Origin: Bugula neritina
Taxonomy: Eukaryota; Animalia; Bryozoa
Length of the DNA: 64,000 nt
Assembly (NCBI GenBank): GCA_964035545.1
Contig: CAXIUT010000073.1
Span: 372,001-436,000 of the forward strand
Direction of reading: 5' to 3'
Below, piece after piece: positions 59,201-64,000 of the stretch. The notes beneath the pieces were generated by a model. The model searched no databases, had not been told where the DNA came from, and saw only the letters and a program-made list of their open reading frames with translations. A program made the position numbers and the translations under genes. How positions within the stretch are numbered: position 1 is the first letter of the stretch; every line of letters begins with the position of its first letter.

Positions 59201-62200
59201 TTTTATTTTCCCATCCCCTCTCCTGCCCCCCTGTCCCCTCTAACAACCAGCAATCTTGACTCATGTGAATTTTGTTATTGTTCTAGAGTTGGCCCATGGG
59301 CCTACAGTATACGATTTGAAACTTTATAGTTTACAGGCAGTCGAGATGAGTCAGTGCTGAAACCCATTTTATTAGTAGACTATATTGCTCTTCAATAATC
59401 AGTTTTCATATTAAAAGAGAAAGCTCATCTGCAGCGCCATTTTACAGTGTTATATTTTGCCAGAGCAATAACTAATTTTAGATGCCTTTGCAAACATATG
59501 AGAAATAAATGAGTCATTCTATGAAAAGAGGTGTTTGCAGCACTTGTCCACTTTTGATTTACACGCGGCATGGAAACTTTTGTAGTTTTAAATAATGTCT
59601 CCAAATTCATCACTTGCATGTGTTTAGATACTTGATGAAAATTTTTATGCAAAACTTGATGCCTGCTTCAAAGACACCAGTGCTTAATTACTGTGTTAAC
59701 TGTATTGGCACGTTGCCATGAGATATTTGGTAATATTTCGCATCACAACAAACTCTTCAGAAAGTTGAGAAAATCAGTCTAGAAAGTTAATGAAATAAAC
59801 CTACCAGAGAGAGTAAGCCAGATGTAACAAGTAGATCCAAAACAAGTTGATAAACAATTGAAGTTGAAGTCTCCATGTAGTCAACACGTTAGTCCTAATG
59901 TCAAATGCAAACGTCTGCAACCAAACTGTGTAGACTTCATAAGCTGGTTAGCTGACAGGGGAGATTGAAGTTCTTAACTCTTGTGTGTATAGTGATGCCC
60001 ATCTTGAACCAGAGATGGCTGACTGAAGACTGCTACTTTGTGAAAATTGACAATGCATATTATTATTATTCATTGTTGAGATTCACGACTGCCATAAACA
60101 ATGATAAAATATTCATTGTTGGTACTACTGAGTAGAATAAAATATAATATAATATTGTTTTCTGGACAGAAAAGTAATATCAAATGCATATTATAACTTA
60201 CCATAAATCTACAGTGCTTCACATCTTCACCTTTTCCTGCAATTTTATTTCTTTGCAGTTAGAAGTAGTAGCTGAATATATGACGATGAAACATAACCCT
60301 TCAATTTCATTGCACCAGCACCAGTTGCAAGATAGGTGTGTTGGGAGTTATCTTTCCTAAAAATTTGTTCTTGGTGTTTATACGAAGCAGACACAGGCTA
60401 ATATTAGTTTTGTTATTTGCAAGAGTTTTTCTGTCTGATTGTCCATCAGCAAAAGTTTGCGCCTTGCAGTTATTATGAAAATACCAGTGATGCTGGAAGA
60501 CCTTTGCATTGTACACCCGCCTTTACTATTGAATTTAGATGTTTTATTTTCCCATCCCCTCTCCTGCCCCCCTGTCCCCTCTAACAACCAGCAATCTTGA
60601 CTCATGTGAATTTTGTTATTGTTCTAGAGTTGGCCCATGGGCCTACAGTATACGATTTGAAACTTTATAGTTTACAGGCAGTCGAGATGAGTCAGTGCTG
60701 AAACCCATTTTATTAGTAGACTATATTGCTCTTCAATAATCAGTTTTCATATTAAAAGAGAAAGCTCATCTGCAGCGCCATTTTACAGTGTTATATTTTG
60801 CCAGAGCAATAACTAATTTTAGATGCCTTTGCAAACATATGAGAAATAAATGAGTCATTCTATGAAAAGAGGTGTTTGCAGCACTTGTCCACTTTTGATT
60901 TACACGCGGCATGGAAACTTTTGTAGTTTTAAATAATGTCTCCAAATTCATCACTTGCATGTGTTTAGATACTTGATGAAAATTTTTATGCAAAACTTGA
61001 TGCCTGCTTCAAAGACACCAGTGCTTAATTACTGTGTTAACTGTATTGGCACGTTGCCATGAGATATTTGGTAATATTTCGCATCACAACAAACTCTTCA
61101 GAAAGTTGAGAAAATCAGTCTATAGAAAGTTAATGAAATAAACCTACCAGAGAGAGTAAGCCAGATGTAACAAGTAGATCCAAAACAAGTTGATTAACAA
61201 TTGAAGTTGAATTCTCCATGTAGTGAATACTTTAGTCCTAATGTCAAATGCAAACGTCTGCAACCAAACTGTGTAGACTTCATAAGCTGGTTAGCTGACA
61301 GGGGAGATTGAAGTTCTTAACTCTTGTGTGTATAGTGATGCCCATCTTGAACCAGAGATGGCTGACTGAAGACTGCTACTTTGTGAAAATTGACAATGCA
61401 TATTATTATTATTCATTGTTGAGATTCACGACTGCCATAAACAATGATAAAATATTCATTGTTGGTACTACTGAGTAGAATAAAATATAATATAATATTA
61501 TTTTCTGGACAGATAAATAATATCAAATGCATATTATAACTTACCATAAATATACAGTGCTTCACATCTTCACCTTTTTCTGCAATGTTATTTCTTTGCA
61601 GTTAGAAGTACTAGCTGAATATATGACTATGAAACATAACCCTTCAATTTCATTGCACCAGCACCAGTTGCAAGATAGGTGTATTGAGAGTTATCTTTCC
61701 CAAAATTTTGTTCTTGGTGTTTATACGAAGCAGACACAGGCTAATATTAGTTTTGTTATTTGCAAGAGTTTTTCTGTCTGATTGTCCATCAGCAAAAGTT
61801 TGCGCCTTGCAGTTATTATGGAAATACCAGTGATGCTGGAAGACCTTTGCATTGTACACCCGCCTTGACTATTGAAGTTAGATGTTTTATTTTCCCATCC
61901 CCTCTCCCGCCCCCCTGTCCCCTCTAACAACCGGCAATCCTGACTCATGTGAATTGTGTTATTGTTCTAGAGTTGGCCCATGGGCCTACAGTATACGATT
62001 TGAAGCTTTATAGTTTACAGGCAGTCGAGATGAGTCACTGCTGAAACCCATTTTATTAGTAGACTATATTGCTCTTCAATCATCAGTTTTCATATTAAAA
62101 CAGAAAGCTCATCTGCAGCGCCATTTCACAGTGTTATATTTTGCTAGAGCAATAACTAATTTTAGATGCCTTTGCAAACATATGAGAAATAAATGAGTCA

Positions 62201-64000
62201 TTCTATGAAAAGAGGTGTTTGCAGCACTTGTCCACTTTTGATTTACACGCGGCATCGAAACTTTTGTAGTTTTAAATAATGTCTCCAAATTCATCACTTG
62301 CATGTGTTTAGATACTTGATGAAAATGTTTATGCAAAATTTGATGCCTGCTTCAAAGACACCAGTGCTTAATTACTGTGTTAACTGTATTGGCACGTTGC
62401 CATGAGATATTTGGTAATATTTCGCATCACAACAAACTCTTCAGAAAGTTAAGAAAATCAGTCTAGAAAGTTAATGAAATAAACCTACCAGAGAGAGTAA
62501 GCCAGATGTAACAAGTAGATCCAAAACAAGTTGATTAACAATTGAAGTTGAAGTCTCGATGTAGTCAACACTTTAGTCCTAACGTCAAATGCTAACGTCT
62601 GCAACCAAACTGTGAAGACTTCATGAGCTGGTTAGCTGACAGGACACATTAAAGTTCTTAACTCTTGTGTGTATAGTGATGCCCATCTTGAACTAGAGAG
62701 GGCTGACTGAAGACTGCTACTTTGTGAAAATTGACAATGCATATTATTATTATTCATTGTTGAGATTCACGACTGCCATAAACAATGATAAAATATTCAT
62801 TGTTGGTACTACTGAGTAGAATAAAATATAATATAATATTGTTTTCTGGACAGAAAAGTAATATCAAATGCATATTATAACTTACCATAAATCTACAGTG
62901 CTTCACATCTTCACCTTTTCCTGCAATTTTATTTCTTTGCAGTTGGAAGTAGTAGCTGAATATATGACGATGAAACATAACCCTTCAATTTCATTGCACC
63001 AGCACCAGTTGCAAGATAGGTGTGTTGGGAGTTATCTTTCCTAAAAATTTGTTTTTGGTGTTTATACGAAGCAGACACAGGCTAATATTAGTTTTGTTAT
63101 TTGCAAGAGTTTTTCTGTCTGATTGTCCATCAGCAAAAGTTTGCGCCTTGCAGTTATTATGAAAATACCAGTGATGCTGGAAGACCTTTGCATTGTACAC
63201 CCGCCTTTACTATTGAATTTAGATGTTTTATTTTCCCATCCCCTCTCCTGCCCCCCTGTCCCCTCTAACAACCAGCAATCTTGACTCATGTGAATTGTGT
63301 TATTGTTCTAGAGTTGGCCCATGGGCCTACAGTATACGATTTGAAACTTTATAGTTTACAGGCAGTCGAGATGAGTCAGTGCTGAAACCCATTTTATTAG
63401 TAGACTATATTGCTCTTCAATAATCAGTTTTCATAATAAAAGAGAAAGCTCATCTGCAGCGCCATTTTACAGTGTTATATTTTGCCAGAGCAATAACTAA
63501 TTTTAGATGCCTTTGCAAACATATGAGAAATAAATGAGTCATTCTATGAAAAGAGGTGTTTGCAGCACTTGTCCACTTTTGATTTACACGCGGCATGGAA
63601 ACTTTTGTAGTTTTAAATAATGTCTCCAAATTCATCACTTGCATGTGTTTAGATACTTGATGAAAATTTTCATGCAAAACTTGATGCCTGCTTCAAAGAC
63701 ACCAGTGCTTAATTACTGTGTTAACTGTATTGGCACGTTGCTAACAGATATTTGGTAATATTTCGCATCACAACAAACTTTTCAGAAAGTTAAGAAAATC
63801 AGTCTAGAAAGTTAATGAAATAAACCTACCAGAGAGAGTAAGCCAGATGTAACAAGTAGATCCAAAACAAGTTGATAAACAATTGAAGTTGAAGTCTCCA
63901 TGTAGTCAACACGTTAGTCCTAATGTCAAATGCAAACGTCTGCAACCAAACTGTGTAGACTTCATGAGCTGGTTAGCTGACAGGAGATATTAAAGTTCTT
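56246..64000. repeat. Tandem macrosatellite, subfamily B, ~6 monomers (1341 bp; one 1343 bp); continues past the window end
   Basis: Marker ORF at 56284, 57625, 58966, 60307, 61650 and 62991. Confidence 0.97.

Noticed and set aside
1-64000. CRISPR-like array interpretation of the repeats
   Set aside because: Monomers are 1.3 kb and contiguous with no unique spacers; there are no cas genes; the context is eukaryotic.

Overview
Eukaryotic (probably invertebrate) AT-rich DNA. The backbone is a head-to-tail tandem array of about 32 copies of a ~1.34-kb, apparently non-coding monomer: subfamily A (mostly 1345-1346 bp, 19 copies) up to ~40.1 kb, and subfamily B (mostly 1341 bp, 13 copies, partly arranged as trimers) after it. 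Two complete mobile elements interrupt it cleanly. (1) A 14,336-bp Polinton/Maverick (adintovirus-like endogenous virus) at 10736-25071, with AGTAGT termini, 566-bp TIRs and a 6-bp TSD (CGTCTG). It encodes pPolB, adenain, major and minor capsid proteins, packaging ATPase, a PLA2-integrase-chromodomain fusion, core proteins and three fibre-like proteins; one conserved gene has a CGA>TGA nonsense change. (2) A 6,621-bp Academ (AcademX-type) DNA transposon at 49625-56245, with TAG...CTA termini, ~634-bp TIRs, a 3-bp TSD and a reconstructable 3-exon ~1511-aa transposase/XPG gene. The strongest signal is that nearly every Polinton ORF starts in a TATA(A)TAAATG box, matching the poxvirus late TAAATG motif, including an 18-bp palindrome that starts two divergent genes 12 bp apart. 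This suggests a helper-virus-dependent, virophage-like expression programme. All calls are by eye; no searches were run.
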